Shown here in pieces: positions 48,681 through 57,479 of a DNA stretch of 64,000 nt. Every line of letters starts with the position of its first letter. Within the stretch, counting starts at the first letter, position 1. Position numbers and translations under genes: made by a program. Source of the stretch: Pseudomonas phage KPP25; sequence record AB910393.1; one strand, given 5' to 3'. The notes beneath the pieces are model-generated. The model did no database searches, was not told where the DNA came from, and saw nothing but the letters and a program-made list of their open reading frames with translations.

Positions 48681-49559
48681 ATGGCTACCAAAAAAACCAC
48701 CGACGCCCCGGCTAAGCCGGCCACCAAGAAGCCTGCTGCCGGCAAAGCTGTAGCCACCATCGGCAAAGGCAGCAAGGTGCCGGTCGATGCCAAGGCGCTC
48801 CAGGCACAGCTGCTGGCTCGTAAGCAGCAGGTGCTCGATAAGCTGGGCCGTCCCAGCACCCCCACCATCGCCGTGCGCAACGACAAGTCCTTCGAACTGC
48901 CGGATGGAAGTATCGTCCAGGCACCGGAGTTCATCCGTGCCGTGGTGATCGACTTCGCTTCCGTCAACTCGCTGTACGAAGGCCCGTACGATCCGAAGAA
49001 CCCGGAACCGCCGATCTGCTTCGCCGCTGGACTCGGCAGCCCGGATTCCCTGATCGCCTCGGACAAGTCCCCGCAGAAACAAGCGGACGACTGCGCCACC
49101 TGCCCGCTGAACCAGTGGGGCAGCGGCAGCGGCGATGGCAAGGCTTGCAAGAACACCCGCAAGCTGGCCGTCGTACTCATGGACGAGCTGGACGACGAAA
49201 ACCGCGAAGGGGATCTTCAGTTCTACCCGCTGAACGTGTCGCCGACCGGTATCAAGCACTGGGATGGATACGTGCGCAATCTGGCAACCCGCAACGATCT
49301 GCTGCCTGTCCAAGTCGTCACCAAGATCGGCTTCGACGCGCAATCGACCTGGGCCAGCCTGCGGTTCGCGCCGGATGAAGTCCTCGGCGATGACCAACTG
49401 GCGCAAGTTCTCGGTCTGCAAGAAGCCGTTGAAGACATGCTGACGGCCGAGCCTGATTGGGCTGGGTTCGAAGCGCAGCGTGCTGAGCGTCAAGCCAATC
49501 GCAAGCCTGCCGGCGGCCGTCGCCCGGCTGCGAAACCGGCTGGTCGCGCCCGGCGCTAA
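48681..49559 (+). CDS. Hypothetical protein with a Cys4 cluster and basic termini, 292 aa. It may bind DNA.
   Basis: GAGAGGAAA RBS. It contains CFAAG...CATCP...C. Confidence 0.5.
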   Translation: MATKKTTDAPAKPATKKPAAGKAVATIGKGSKVPVDAKALQAQLLARKQQVLDKLGRPSTPTIAVRNDKSFELPDGSIVQAPEFIRAVVIDFASVNSLYEGPYDPKNPEPPICFAAGLGSPDSLIASDKSPQKQADDCATCPLNQWGSGSGDGKACKNTRKLAVVLMDELDDENREGDLQFYPLNVSPTGIKHWDGYVRNLATRNDLLPVQVVTKIGFDAQSTWASLRFAPDEVLGDDQLAQVLGLQEAVEDMLTAEPDWAGFEAQRAERQANRKPAGGRRPAAKPAGRARR

Positions 49560-49575
49560 ACCAAGGAGGTAACGA

Positions 49576-49917
49576 ATGAGCACCACGCTGGCGAGTGCCC
49601 TGCGAACGATCCGACAGCTGTACCGTGAACTGCCGACGTTTAACGCCGAGCAGATAGAGCGACTTGTCGATCTGGAGTTAAAGGGCGCGAATCGGCGCTC
49701 GGTGCTCAATCGTCTCGTCTCCCGCGCAGCACAGCTCGCTGCGGACAACAAACTGATCCAACTCCAATCGAAAATCGAAAGCAAAAGGAACCACGAGCAT
49801 GGCACGTCAACCCGCCAACAAAACCCCGAAAGTATCGACCCTGAGCAGCAACCCGATTCCCGCCGACGCCAAGCCGGTAAAAGGAACCGTGGTAGCGCGC
49901 GAAAAGCCCAGCGTTAA
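49576..49917 (+). CDS. Hypothetical protein, 113 aa. Its 3' end overlaps the next gene in another frame.
   Basis: ORF. The overlap leaves it uncertain. Confidence 0.35.
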   Translation: MSTTLASALRTIRQLYRELPTFNAEQIERLVDLELKGANRRSVLNRLVSRAAQLAADNKLIQLQSKIESKRNHEHGTSTRQQNPESIDPEQQPDSRRRQAGKRNRGSARKAQR

Positions 49918-50329
49918 GCCGGCTGCCGCGGCGGCCAAGGCTGCTCCCAGCAAGGCCGAAATCAAGGCCAAGGAAAAGCGCGTAGCCGAGCTGCGTAAAC
50001 TGGCCATCCAGACGCAGAAGGATTACGACGCCGAGGTCAAGCGCATCCGCGCCGAACGCGACAAGAAGCAGGATGACGCCGCCAAGCCTGTCGCGCTGCT
50101 GGACAAGGAAATGGAAAAGCTCAGCGCTGAGTTCAACAAGGCGAAGGACAAGCTGACCAAGCAGCGCACCAAGGCGCTCGCAGCTTCCGAGAAGGTCAAG
50201 GCCAAGGCGCGCAAGGAAGGTGATTCGGCGCTGGCCAAGCTGACCAAGGCCAAGGAAGCCGACGACAAGAAGCTGGCTTCCGACCTGTCCAAGGCCGAGA
50301 AGGAACTCGCCGCCCTGGCTACTAGCTAA
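49799..50329 (+). CDS. Lys/Ala-rich coiled-coil (histone H1-like) DNA-binding protein, 176 aa.
   Basis: AAGGAA RBS. Extreme K/A/E composition. A terminator follows. Confidence 0.55.
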   Translation: MARQPANKTPKVSTLSSNPIPADAKPVKGTVVAREKPSVKPAAAAAKAAPSKAEIKAKEKRVAELRKLAIQTQKDYDAEVKRIRAERDKKQDDAAKPVALLDKEMEKLSAEFNKAKDKLTKQRTKALAASEKVKAKARKEGDSALAKLTKAKEADDKKLASDLSKAEKELAALATS

Positions 50330-50345
50330 GCCAGCACGCACCATC

Positions 50346-50372
50346 AGGCCGCCTCCGGGCGGCCTTTTTTAC
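50346..50372 (+). terminator. Intrinsic terminator.
   Basis: GGCCGCC-tccg-GGCGGCC followed by TTTTTT. Confidence 0.65.
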
Positions 50373-50386
50373 CTCTGGAGAAAAGC

Positions 50387-50893
50387 ATGGCGAACCCTGA
50401 GAACCAAGCAATCCAGAACCTGCACACGAAGCTGCCAAGCTTCGTCCACCGCGAAAAAATGAGCAACCCGTACAGCAACGGCACAGCTGATGTGTGGTAT
50501 GCCGCGTGGCCGTGCGATTTGTGGGTCGAGTACAAATTCCTGGCAAAGCCCCCGCAACGGGCGGTGACACTCGACCTGACGGATAACCAACGTATCTGGC
50601 TTGCGGACAAGTACCGCAAGGGGCGCGCGGTCGCCGTGGTGTTGCTGTTCCCTGCAAAATTCGGCGGGGTGATCTACACGCACTTGTCGTGGGGCGAACG
50701 GAAAATCCAACTACCTGCACCGGATGCCGACCACATCATCAAGCGTGAACTGATCGCCGAGTTCATCGTTCGGAGCTGTACCTGTGCCGCCTTTAATTCC
50801 TCTCTTGTATACCGGGGCGAAGATCGCTCGGTCGCTGTACCTGATCGCCGCATTTTCCGCGGCGACATACCTCACTATTCGGAGCCTACGTGA
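50387..50893 (+). CDS. VRR-NUC-like PD-(D/E)xK nuclease, 168 aa.
   Basis: CDLWVEYK ... LTDNQRIWL matches the VRR-NUC pattern (D...ExK...Q..W). Confidence 0.5.
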   Translation: MANPENQAIQNLHTKLPSFVHREKMSNPYSNGTADVWYAAWPCDLWVEYKFLAKPPQRAVTLDLTDNQRIWLADKYRKGRAVAVVLLFPAKFGGVIYTHLSWGERKIQLPAPDADHIIKRELIAEFIVRSCTCAAFNSSLVYRGEDRSVAVPDRRIFRGDIPHYSEPT

Positions 50894-51432
50894 TGGCAAA
50901 GCAAATACCTACGGAACTGTCTATCGACCTGGAAACCCTCGGAACCTCCGTGGAATCGGTGATCCTTTCGGTGGCGATGGTGACGAGCACCGGCGAAAAG
51001 TTCCACATAGCAATCGATCCGTCCGAGCAAATCGCCGCCGGCCGTAAAGTCGATGCGAGTACGATCATGTGGTGGCTCGGCCCCGGCGCTGGTGAACCGG
51101 CGCGCGGGGCAATGACCGAACTCATGGCCAAGCGGAAGTACGGCATGGAAGACGCCAAGCTCGAAATCATGTCGTTCCTCGACGACGTGCTGAGGAAAAA
51201 CCCGCGCGTGCGCGTGTGGGGTAACTCCCCGTCGTTCGACTGCGAAATGCTGGCGAATTTCCTCGGCTGTAAACCGTGGCTCTTCTTCAACGAGCGTGAT
51301 GTTCGTACGGCGCGCATGGTGGTTGGGCGTACCCAGGCCAGTACCGGACACGACGCGCTGGCCGACGCAGAAGCGCAGCTCGTCGACGCCATGCGTTTCA
51401 TCGAAGTGGCCGACAAGGAGGCGCGCAAATGA
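50890..51432 (+). CDS. DEDDh 3'-5' exonuclease (DnaQ-like), 180 aa.
   Basis: IDLETLG (Exo I), SFDCEML (Exo II) and HDALADAEA (Exo III). Confidence 0.7.
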   Translation: MMAKQIPTELSIDLETLGTSVESVILSVAMVTSTGEKFHIAIDPSEQIAAGRKVDASTIMWWLGPGAGEPARGAMTELMAKRKYGMEDAKLEIMSFLDDVLRKNPRVRVWGNSPSFDCEMLANFLGCKPWLFFNERDVRTARMVVGRTQASTGHDALADAEAQLVDAMRFIEVADKEARK

Positions 51433-51671
51433 ACATCGTGGAACTCATTGAAGCGATCGGCATGGACAACATCGAAGCGCAGTCCCTCAACAAGTCCACG
51501 ATCAAAGCCAATACCGTCAAAGACGAAACCGTGGTCAAGTTCGTCACGAAGTCCATGACGCCGACCGACTTCGTGCTCGGCACCAAGATCGGGCTGATCT
51601 TGTGGTTCGATGCGGACAAGTTCAACGCGGCCGTCGACAAGGTAGAAAGTGAAAAGGCCGCGGAAGGCTAA
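51429..51671 (+). CDS. Hypothetical protein, 80 aa.
   Basis: ORF. Confidence 0.45.
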   Translation: MNIVELIEAIGMDNIEAQSLNKSTIKANTVKDETVVKFVTKSMTPTDFVLGTKIGLILWFDADKFNAAVDKVESEKAAEG

Positions 51672-52008
51672 GGTCCGCTGCCGGTGCCGTGAATGCGGCG
51701 CTCGGAACACCAAGCGCGGCGATCTGAAGTTCGGACTCGCACGCGCTCGGTGCCGGGCGTGCGGAAAGATCGGCACGCTGCGCATCGACAAATGGGCCGA
51801 CAGAAGAGGATGGCTGGTCGGTAGGTTATGCCGCTGCGACGGTGTGCCATTCCCGCATCGCCCAGGGATGGTCGGGTACATCACGTACTGCGGCGCTGAG
51901 ATTTTCGTGGAGTGCTTACATGGCCAGGGGCATCGGATCGACGAAGCGCCGGCAGGAACTGTCGAAGCGTGCGGCCCGGTTGAAGAACCAGGGCTTTACC
52001 CTTTCTGA
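51649..52008 (+). CDS. Zn-ribbon protein (CRCRECG...CRACG). Its extent is uncertain.
   Basis: GTG start after an AAGG RBS. It overlaps an alternative-frame HTH ORF. Confidence 0.35.
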   Translation: MKRPRKAKVRCRCRECGARNTKRGDLKFGLARARCRACGKIGTLRIDKWADRRGWLVGRLCRCDGVPFPHRPGMVGYITYCGAEIFVECLHGQGHRIDEAPAGTVEACGPVEEPGLYPF

Positions 52009-52090
52009 AATCTCGACCCTCACCGGTATACCGCGCGACAAGGTGCATATGCGCGTGAAGCTCGGCGAGCGTCTACTGAGCCTGGAGTAA
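51920..52090 (+). CDS. Small HTH protein (sigma-70 region-4/LuxR-like helix-turn-helix), 56 aa. This is an alternative to the 3' part of the previous ORF.
   Basis: GGAG RBS. It carries the TLSEISTLTGIPRDKVHMRV motif. Confidence 0.35.
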   Translation: MARGIGSTKRRQELSKRAARLKNQGFTLSEISTLTGIPRDKVHMRVKLGERLLSLE

Positions 52091-52093
52091 AGC

Positions 52094-52636
52094 ATGTGGA
52101 ACTATTGCCCTGAGTGTGGGTGCAGAACGTTCGAGAAGCACGACAGCTACAACGTCTGTGTGAACTGCGGACAGGATTGGTATCCCGGAACGGACTACAC
52201 GAACGTCGTGCGAGCGCACCTCAGTAAGACGTACCAAGACAAGGACGCGGAGATCGCGCGCTACAAGCAGCTGTACCACAAAGCGATCGGTGCGATGGAG
52301 CGGTTGAAGACCCCGACCAAACGGGACGTTGACGCCATGATGTGCGTGCTGTCGTCGCTCGTGGCGGCCATATCCCTGCTGGAGCGCGGCGGGAAGAAAG
52401 CAGCGGCATCGGACACCATGTTCAACCAGATGCTGCTCGACTACAAAGCTGCTGTGACCGTAGGACGGAAAGCGCTACGGCGTATGCGCGGCGATAATGA
52501 CCAAGCATACGACAGCAACGCGGAACGCTTGACTAGGGAAGCGCTCGGCCCTGGTGCAGAAATAAATCCCGACGCAACGTCCGTAGACGATCTGTTCCTC
52601 GACGGTACGCCGCCGAACAAGAAAGGTGACCTATGA
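52094..52636 (+). CDS. Protein with an N-terminal Zn ribbon, 180 aa.
   Basis: CPECGC...CVNCG. Confidence 0.5.
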   Translation: MWNYCPECGCRTFEKHDSYNVCVNCGQDWYPGTDYTNVVRAHLSKTYQDKDAEIARYKQLYHKAIGAMERLKTPTKRDVDAMMCVLSSLVAAISLLERGGKKAAASDTMFNQMLLDYKAAVTVGRKALRRMRGDNDQAYDSNAERLTREALGPGAEINPDATSVDDLFLDGTPPNKKGDL

Positions 52637-53211
52637 TCGAAAGCATAATCAAGCAAATCGACTTGACCGCCAAGCTCGGCCAGGACGGCAGCTCGCTCCA
52701 AGCCATGAACGCGCTGCGCGTCATTCGGGAGACTATCGCTAAGCACATCGCGGAGCTGGAGAAGCAGACCTACAAACAGCACCCGCAAATCGTAGGGTAT
52801 GCCCGCAAAAAAGACTTGGAGCCGCTGCTGGACCCGTGCATGCCCGACGGTGGTTATATCTATATAGGTTTGGACCATCCGTCTCTCTGGTCAGAAGAAC
52901 CGCCGTACGAATTTCTTACTCCGCTCTACACCGCCCCTGTAGCCCAGGCTCAGCACAGCGTGCCGGATGGCTACCGCCTGATCCGCCTCGAACACTTCGC
53001 CGCTATCAAAGCGCAGCTCAATCCTGAGCAGGTCGATGCGTACCGGGGACGGAACATCTACGACGAAGACAAGGTGTACGCGAACTGGAACGCGTGCCGC
53101 TCAGCGCTCGACGAAATAAAGGATGTGTTTCAGCAGATCGATTGGGATGCCGAAAACGAGCTGGCTGAGCTACTCGCCGCTGCGCCCGGTAAGGAGGTAG
53201 GTCATGAGTGA
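52633..53211 (+). CDS. Hypothetical protein, 192 aa.
   Basis: AAGGTG RBS. Confidence 0.5.
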   Translation: MIESIIKQIDLTAKLGQDGSSLQAMNALRVIRETIAKHIAELEKQTYKQHPQIVGYARKKDLEPLLDPCMPDGGYIYIGLDHPSLWSEEPPYEFLTPLYTAPVAQAQHSVPDGYRLIRLEHFAAIKAQLNPEQVDAYRGRNIYDEDKVYANWNACRSALDEIKDVFQQIDWDAENELAELLAAAPGKEVGHE

Positions 53212-53908
53212 GGTCCAACGGTTCTGGTGCGATGAGGCGCGGAACATCCGGTGCGTCCGTGAGGATGACTTCGACGCACTCGAAGCCGAGGCCAAGGCGC
53301 TAAGGGAGGAAGTCGCGAAACTGCGCACCAAACTAGCCATGGCCGAGGACGCCGCGTCCAAGGGTGACGCTGCCCGCCAGAAGTGCGGTGGCATGGAAAT
53401 GCAGATACAGGAGCTGCGCGAGAAGTTCACGAAGTGCATGGAACTGGTGTTCTCCGAGATCGCCTACTACGTCAGCCCGGAGAAAGCTCGTGACCCTAAT
53501 TCGCGCGCACGCAAGGCGTCGGTGTTGGCTACCGAACTACGCGATATGCTCGCCGCCGCGCCCGGCACGGAAGTGCCGCAAGCATGGCTCGATGTCCAAG
53601 CCGAGCGCCGCCGGCAGGTCACTGCCGAAGGATGGACGCCGGAGCATGACGATGCGCACGCCTGCGACGAGATTGCGGCCTTCGCGTGCTTCTACGCGAT
53701 GCCGCCGGCAGCGCGCGATTGGGACGCCAGCAGCACCGGCTACGGCGACACCCTGGGCGAGGCCATTGTGCCTGAAGGCTGGGAACCGAAGACCGGTGAT
53801 CGACGCCGCGAGCTGGTCAAGGCCGGCGGACTGATCCTGGCCGAGATCGAGCGCCTGGATCGAGCAGCCATGCGCAGGGAAGACAGTTATGGAGGTGCAG
53901 AGCAATGA
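53204..53908 (+). CDS. Protein with an N-terminal coiled coil and a C-terminal MazG/DUF550-like all-alpha NTP pyrophosphohydrolase region.
   Basis: AAGGAGG RBS. The EGWTPEHDDAH...E..A motif resembles the dATP/dGTP pyrophosphohydrolase family. The assignment is tentative. Confidence 0.45.
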   Translation: MSEVQRFWCDEARNIRCVREDDFDALEAEAKALREEVAKLRTKLAMAEDAASKGDAARQKCGGMEMQIQELREKFTKCMELVFSEIAYYVSPEKARDPNSRARKASVLATELRDMLAAAPGTEVPQAWLDVQAERRRQVTAEGWTPEHDDAHACDEIAAFACFYAMPPAARDWDASSTGYGDTLGEAIVPEGWEPKTGDRRRELVKAGGLILAEIERLDRAAMRREDSYGGAEQ

Positions 53909-54297
53909 ACCTGTCCTGGGACTTCATGAAGTCCATCGCTGAGCGGGAAAGCGTGAAAGAGGTACTGTCGGAATTCCTCAAGGAATCGACACTCAAAGTG
54001 AACGGCGCTGACGCACTGCTGGTTCTGCACATCGTATCGGCGTACACCACCTGCGACGGCAGCCACGGCGGGCCAGCATGTGGTGACCCTGATTGCTTCG
54101 CCAATCAGAAACCCGACGACGCGAAAGTTCACATGCAGCTGAAACGCGCCGTGAATGCATTGCGAACGTTGTGCAACGTCGACACGAAGGAAGATATCGA
54201 CGCAATGCTGCTCGCTATGCGTGCCATGCCCGGTGACTTGAACGACCGCATCGCGGTCATAGCAACCTTGGAACTACTGAAGGAGCTGATGGGATGA
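53905..54297 (+). CDS. Hypothetical protein, 130 aa.
   Basis: GGAGG RBS. Confidence 0.5.
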   Translation: MNLSWDFMKSIAERESVKEVLSEFLKESTLKVNGADALLVLHIVSAYTTCDGSHGGPACGDPDCFANQKPDDAKVHMQLKRAVNALRTLCNVDTKEDIDAMLLAMRAMPGDLNDRIAVIATLELLKELMG

Positions 54298-54434
54298 CGA
54301 AAGACGAACTGATGGAAGCGGTGCGTGGCTTCTATGGCGACACGTCGCGGTCGCGTGAAGAAACGCGTGAACTGCTCGAAGAAGTGCGTGACGAGATCGA
54401 TATCCTGATCGAGTCGTTGTACGAGGACGAATAA
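54294..54434 (+). CDS. Small acidic protein, 46 aa.
   Basis: GGAG RBS. Confidence 0.4.
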   Translation: MTKDELMEAVRGFYGDTSRSREETRELLEEVRDEIDILIESLYEDE

Positions 54435-54448
54435 CCGCCCTCCAGAAA

Positions 54449-54478
54449 CAAGAAACCCGGCCAGTGGCCGGGTTTTTT
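54449..54478. terminator. Bidirectional intrinsic terminator at the point where the two arms converge.
   Basis: AAACCCGGCC-agt-GGCCGGGTTT hairpin. It has an A-run upstream and a T-run downstream on both strands. Confidence 0.7.
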
Positions 54479-54534
54479 CTTGCATCGCAAGGAAGCGCGA
54501 CAGCAAGGCTCCATACGCAGTGCTCATTTTACCA

Positions 54535-54572
54535 GAAACCCGGCCATGTGTCGGGTTTCTTTTTGCTCTGTA
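54535..54572 (+). terminator. Second plus-strand terminator.
   Basis: GAAACCCG-gccatgtgt-CGGGTTTC followed by TTTTTG. Confidence 0.5.
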
Positions 54573-54594
54573 CAGAGCTATGGGGTGCGGGGTT

Positions 54595-54822
54595 TCACTC
54601 CGGTAGCGGATACCTCGCCTTGATTTCCTCGACCTTGGCGATCCAGGCACTGTAGTCCGGTTCGGTGCCGGCCTTGATCGCGTCGAACTCGGCCTCGGTC
54701 TTGAGCGGGTCACTTTCCAAGCGGTAGGCATTTGCCCGTGCTGTGACCGCGGCATCGTACTCAACCTGCCTGCGCTCTTGCGCCTGCTGTTCAGCGGTCT
54801 TTACCTTGCTCCAATCGATCAT
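54595..54822 (-). CDS. Hypothetical protein, 75 aa.
   Basis: ORF. Confidence 0.45.
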   Translation of the reverse strand: MIDWSKVKTAEQQAQERRQVEYDAAVTARANAYRLESDPLKTEAEFDAIKAGTEPDYSAWIAKVEEIKARYPLPE

Positions 54823-55130
54823 CGCGGTAACTCCACCGGGCCATCGGCCTCGACCAACAACGGCTCAGGGAATCGAGCGGCTTCGCTAGCATCCACATCA
54901 AGCGGGTAGCGCAGGGTCAACTCCAGCCGGCCGTTTCTTCGTACTACAGAACCGACGAACCATTCCGACTCAATAGCCTCGGACGGCAATTCACCACCCT
55001 CCGGGAGCGGCGTAAAATCGAACTCCTGATCGTTCACAGTGAGTACATCACCAGTCCTGCTCAACGACAGGTGCTCGTTGCTATCGGGGAGCGGTGCGTA
55101 CGGTGACAACTTGATGATCATCAGAACCAC
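54819..55130 (-). CDS. Hypothetical protein, 103 aa.
   Basis: ORF. Confidence 0.45.
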   Translation of the reverse strand: MVLMIIKLSPYAPLPDSNEHLSLSRTGDVLTVNDQEFDFTPLPEGGELPSEAIESEWFVGSVVRRNGRLELTLRYPLDVDASEAARFPEPLLVEADGPVELPR

Positions 55131-56077
55131 CTCCCGTTGGCTATCGCGGAGATTGCTGTCGCGGTTCCGGTCGCCCTCGAAGCGATGTCGAATATCCGCA
55201 ACGTCACGCTAGTCGTACTAGCAACCCCGCCGACAGTTCCCCAGCCTGCGCCAGTCCCCCAGCGAAATAGACCGACGCTCACCGTCGGGCTACCGACAAA
55301 CGTCGCAGGGAAAGACCATCCACGAGTGCCGGTAAACAAGCTGCCGTAAGCGGTATCGACCGCCTGATCGGTAACGCTGGCGTTGAACCAGCAGAGCTGC
55401 GTACCGTCTGCGAGTCGGATGTATTCCCCGTTCGCGTTGCTGCCTCGCTCAAGAATAGAGCCGATCGGCGAGCCTCCAGACTGAGCTACCGTACCAAGAA
55501 GCTGCGCGTCGGACAGCACGCGAATCCACGGCTGCCAAGTACCAGATCCCTTGCGTCGGAAGTAGAAGATATTCGAAGTCCGCGGTACGAACAGCTGCAC
55601 CGCAGTTGCTGCGTCGTAGGGGTGGTGGTAGAGCATCGAACCGATAGGGTTCAGCGAATCGATACCCGGCGGCAGATTCGACCAGGGCGATGTACCGATA
55701 CCGTAGAACCCACATTCGTCAGGGACCGTATTCGGGTCGGAGAAGGCCCGGTTGAACGACATACTTTTAGGTACGCCGCCGATATAGTTCAAGGCGTTTG
55801 CCTGCGTACTGGCGTTGATAATCGCACGGCCTACGGCGGTGAACGGCGTTTGCGCCCAGGTATTCGCGCCGTTCTGGTACGGCAGCACATCCGTGCCGCC
55901 GGCCAGACCCGCGAAGTTGTTCACCCGTGCCGTGGCCAGGGCCGCGAACGCATCGGTTGCAGTGGAAGCGCCGGTCCCACCGTTGGTGATAGGTACGGTG
56001 TCGCTGGTGGCGAACTGGGACAGGTTCCCGTTGCCGCCACCGTTGTCGATTACCTTGAGGGGGATTGCGTCAGCCAT
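55121..56077 (-). CDS. Tail fibre protein, 318 aa.
   Basis: N-terminal ...PITNGGTGASTATDAFAALA... motif typical of phage tail-fibre N-termini. Gly/Ser/Thr-rich. Confidence 0.6.
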   Translation of the reverse strand: MADAIPLKVIDNGGGNGNLSQFATSDTVPITNGGTGASTATDAFAALATARVNNFAGLAGGTDVLPYQNGANTWAQTPFTAVGRAIINASTQANALNYIGGVPKSMSFNRAFSDPNTVPDECGFYGIGTSPWSNLPPGIDSLNPIGSMLYHHPYDAATAVQLFVPRTSNIFYFRRKGSGTWQPWIRVLSDAQLLGTVAQSGGSPIGSILERGSNANGEYIRLADGTQLCWFNASVTDQAVDTAYGSLFTGTRGWSFPATFVGSPTVSVGLFRWGTGAGWGTVGGVASTTSVTLRIFDIASRATGTATAISAIANGRWF

Positions 56078-56276
56078 TGGTCACCACCGGTACGCTGAGC
56101 GAGCCGCCGGCGGCGAGCGCCACCGGGAGCATCTGGTTGTTGTTCAACGACACGCGAAGGGTGCCGCCGGCGCGCATGTACACCAGCACGCCGAGAGGTA
56201 CGCCGAGAAGCGTATCGCCGGCCGGCAGCTCACGAGGAAAGCCGCTGCCGTGGACGAGAGGTCTGCGGGCAGCCAT
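56070..56276 (-). CDS. Small protein, 68 aa, possibly a tail-fibre assembly or adaptor protein.
   Basis: By position only. Confidence 0.3.
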   Translation of the reverse strand: MAARRPLVHGSGFPRELPAGDTLLGVPLGVLVYMRAGGTLRVSLNNNQMLPVALAAGGSLSVPVVTNG

Positions 56277-56284
56277 GCGTCACC

Positions 56285-56800
56285 TCACGCCAGGACGATC
56301 GGCTGGCGGCCGATCTCTACGTTGACCACGGTAGCGCTCACCGCGGTGCCCAGCGGCTGAACGATCTGGCCGGAACCGGTAGGCGGAGTCGCCACGCCCA
56401 GGCCGGGAGTGGTCGCGCTGAGCCACACGTTACCGGGGGTCATGCCAGTGACCTGGGTGTTCGAGCCTTCGAAGTACACGGTGGCGTTCGCCGCGCTGGA
56501 TACAGCGGCGAGGACGAAACCGTGTGCCATCTTCGAGGTGCCGCCGGCGGCGTCGGCTTTGCGCACTTTGAACGCGCCGGCATCGGCCCACACGTTCACA
56601 TAGTCGCCGGCAGCCAGCGCCTCGGACGCTTCGATGATCGCGGTGTCGGCACCGATACCGGTCGGCAGCACGGAGCTGTCGAGGCGGCCGGTAGAGTCGA
56701 GCGCCGGGATATCGCCGGCGTTACCCGCGCCGGCCGAGACGACAGTCGCCTCGACCTCGGTGGGGAAGCCGTTCTGGTTGGAAAGGTACTTGTCTGCCAT
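56285..56800 (-). CDS. Tail fibre/receptor-binding protein, about 172 aa.
   Basis: ATG at 56800 with a GGAGGTG RBS. Confidence 0.5.
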   Translation of the reverse strand: MADKYLSNQNGFPTEVEATVVSAGAGNAGDIPALDSTGRLDSSVLPTGIGADTAIIEASEALAAGDYVNVWADAGAFKVRKADAAGGTSKMAHGFVLAAVSSAANATVYFEGSNTQVTGMTPGNVWLSATTPGLGVATPPTGSGQIVQPLGTAVSATVVNVEIGRQPIVLA

Positions 56801-56801
56801 G

Positions 56802-57479
56802 TCACACCTCCAGCGTGATCGCCACGCCAATGTCGATAAATAGAGTAGTAGGGTCGAGCGCGAAGCCTACGATCAGCGAGAACAGCGCGCCAGAGGGAAC
56901 GGTCTGCGTGAGATTGCCATCCTGGCCGAGAAACACGGCACCGGGTGTCCACGCCCACCCGGAGTGCTGCACTTCACCGAGGCGCTGCACATCCACTGTG
57001 CCGCCAGGGGACGCCGCATTCAGCGACAGCCCCAGGGTGTTTATGCGATTGATCAGCGTCGCGCAATCAGCGTACACCACTTGGTTGGCGTCGATCGGTG
57101 CAACCATGCGATGCCCGGACATCGGCACCGACGCCACCTTCTGGATGATCGCGCCGCCGGCCGGGCCGGGTTCACCTTTGTCGCCCTTGCGCCCAGGCTG
57201 CCCGGCCAGGACGACGAACGCCGCCGAGCGCAAGTCCTGCACCTGCTGCGCCCCCGGCTGGATCAGCACCTCGGTAACGGCCTGCGCAGGCGGCAGGACC
57301 ATGGCGGTGTACTCCAGCTGCGACGCTGGCCGCGCCAGGGGCAGGACGATCTCCATGTCAGGGTCACGCACGAGCAACGCCTGCGAGCGCTCCCTAGTGA
57401 CAAGCGCCTGCGGTGTCGATACCGCCACGGACAGGCACTGGCCGACCCGGCGGACGACTAGAGCCTGACCTGCGTTCAT
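56802..57479 (-). CDS. Tail-fibre-like protein with a collagen-like G-X-Y run.
   Basis: AGQPGRKGDKGEPGPAGG (five consecutive G-X-Y triplets). Confidence 0.55.
   Translation of the reverse strand: MNAGQALVVRRVGQCLSVAVSTPQALVTRERSQALLVRDPDMEIVLPLARPASQLEYTAMVLPPAQAVTEVLIQPGAQQVQDLRSAAFVVLAGQPGRKGDKGEPGPAGGAIIQKVASVPMSGHRMVAPIDANQVVYADCATLINRINTLGLSLNAASPGGTVDVQRLGEVQHSGWAWTPGAVFLGQDGNLTQTVPSGALFSLIVGFALDPTTLFIDIGVAITLEV

Noticed and set aside
50784-51047. 87-aa membrane-like ORF across the VRR-NUC/exonuclease junction
   Set aside because: It reads through a well-supported RBS and start of the DEDDh exonuclease in another frame.
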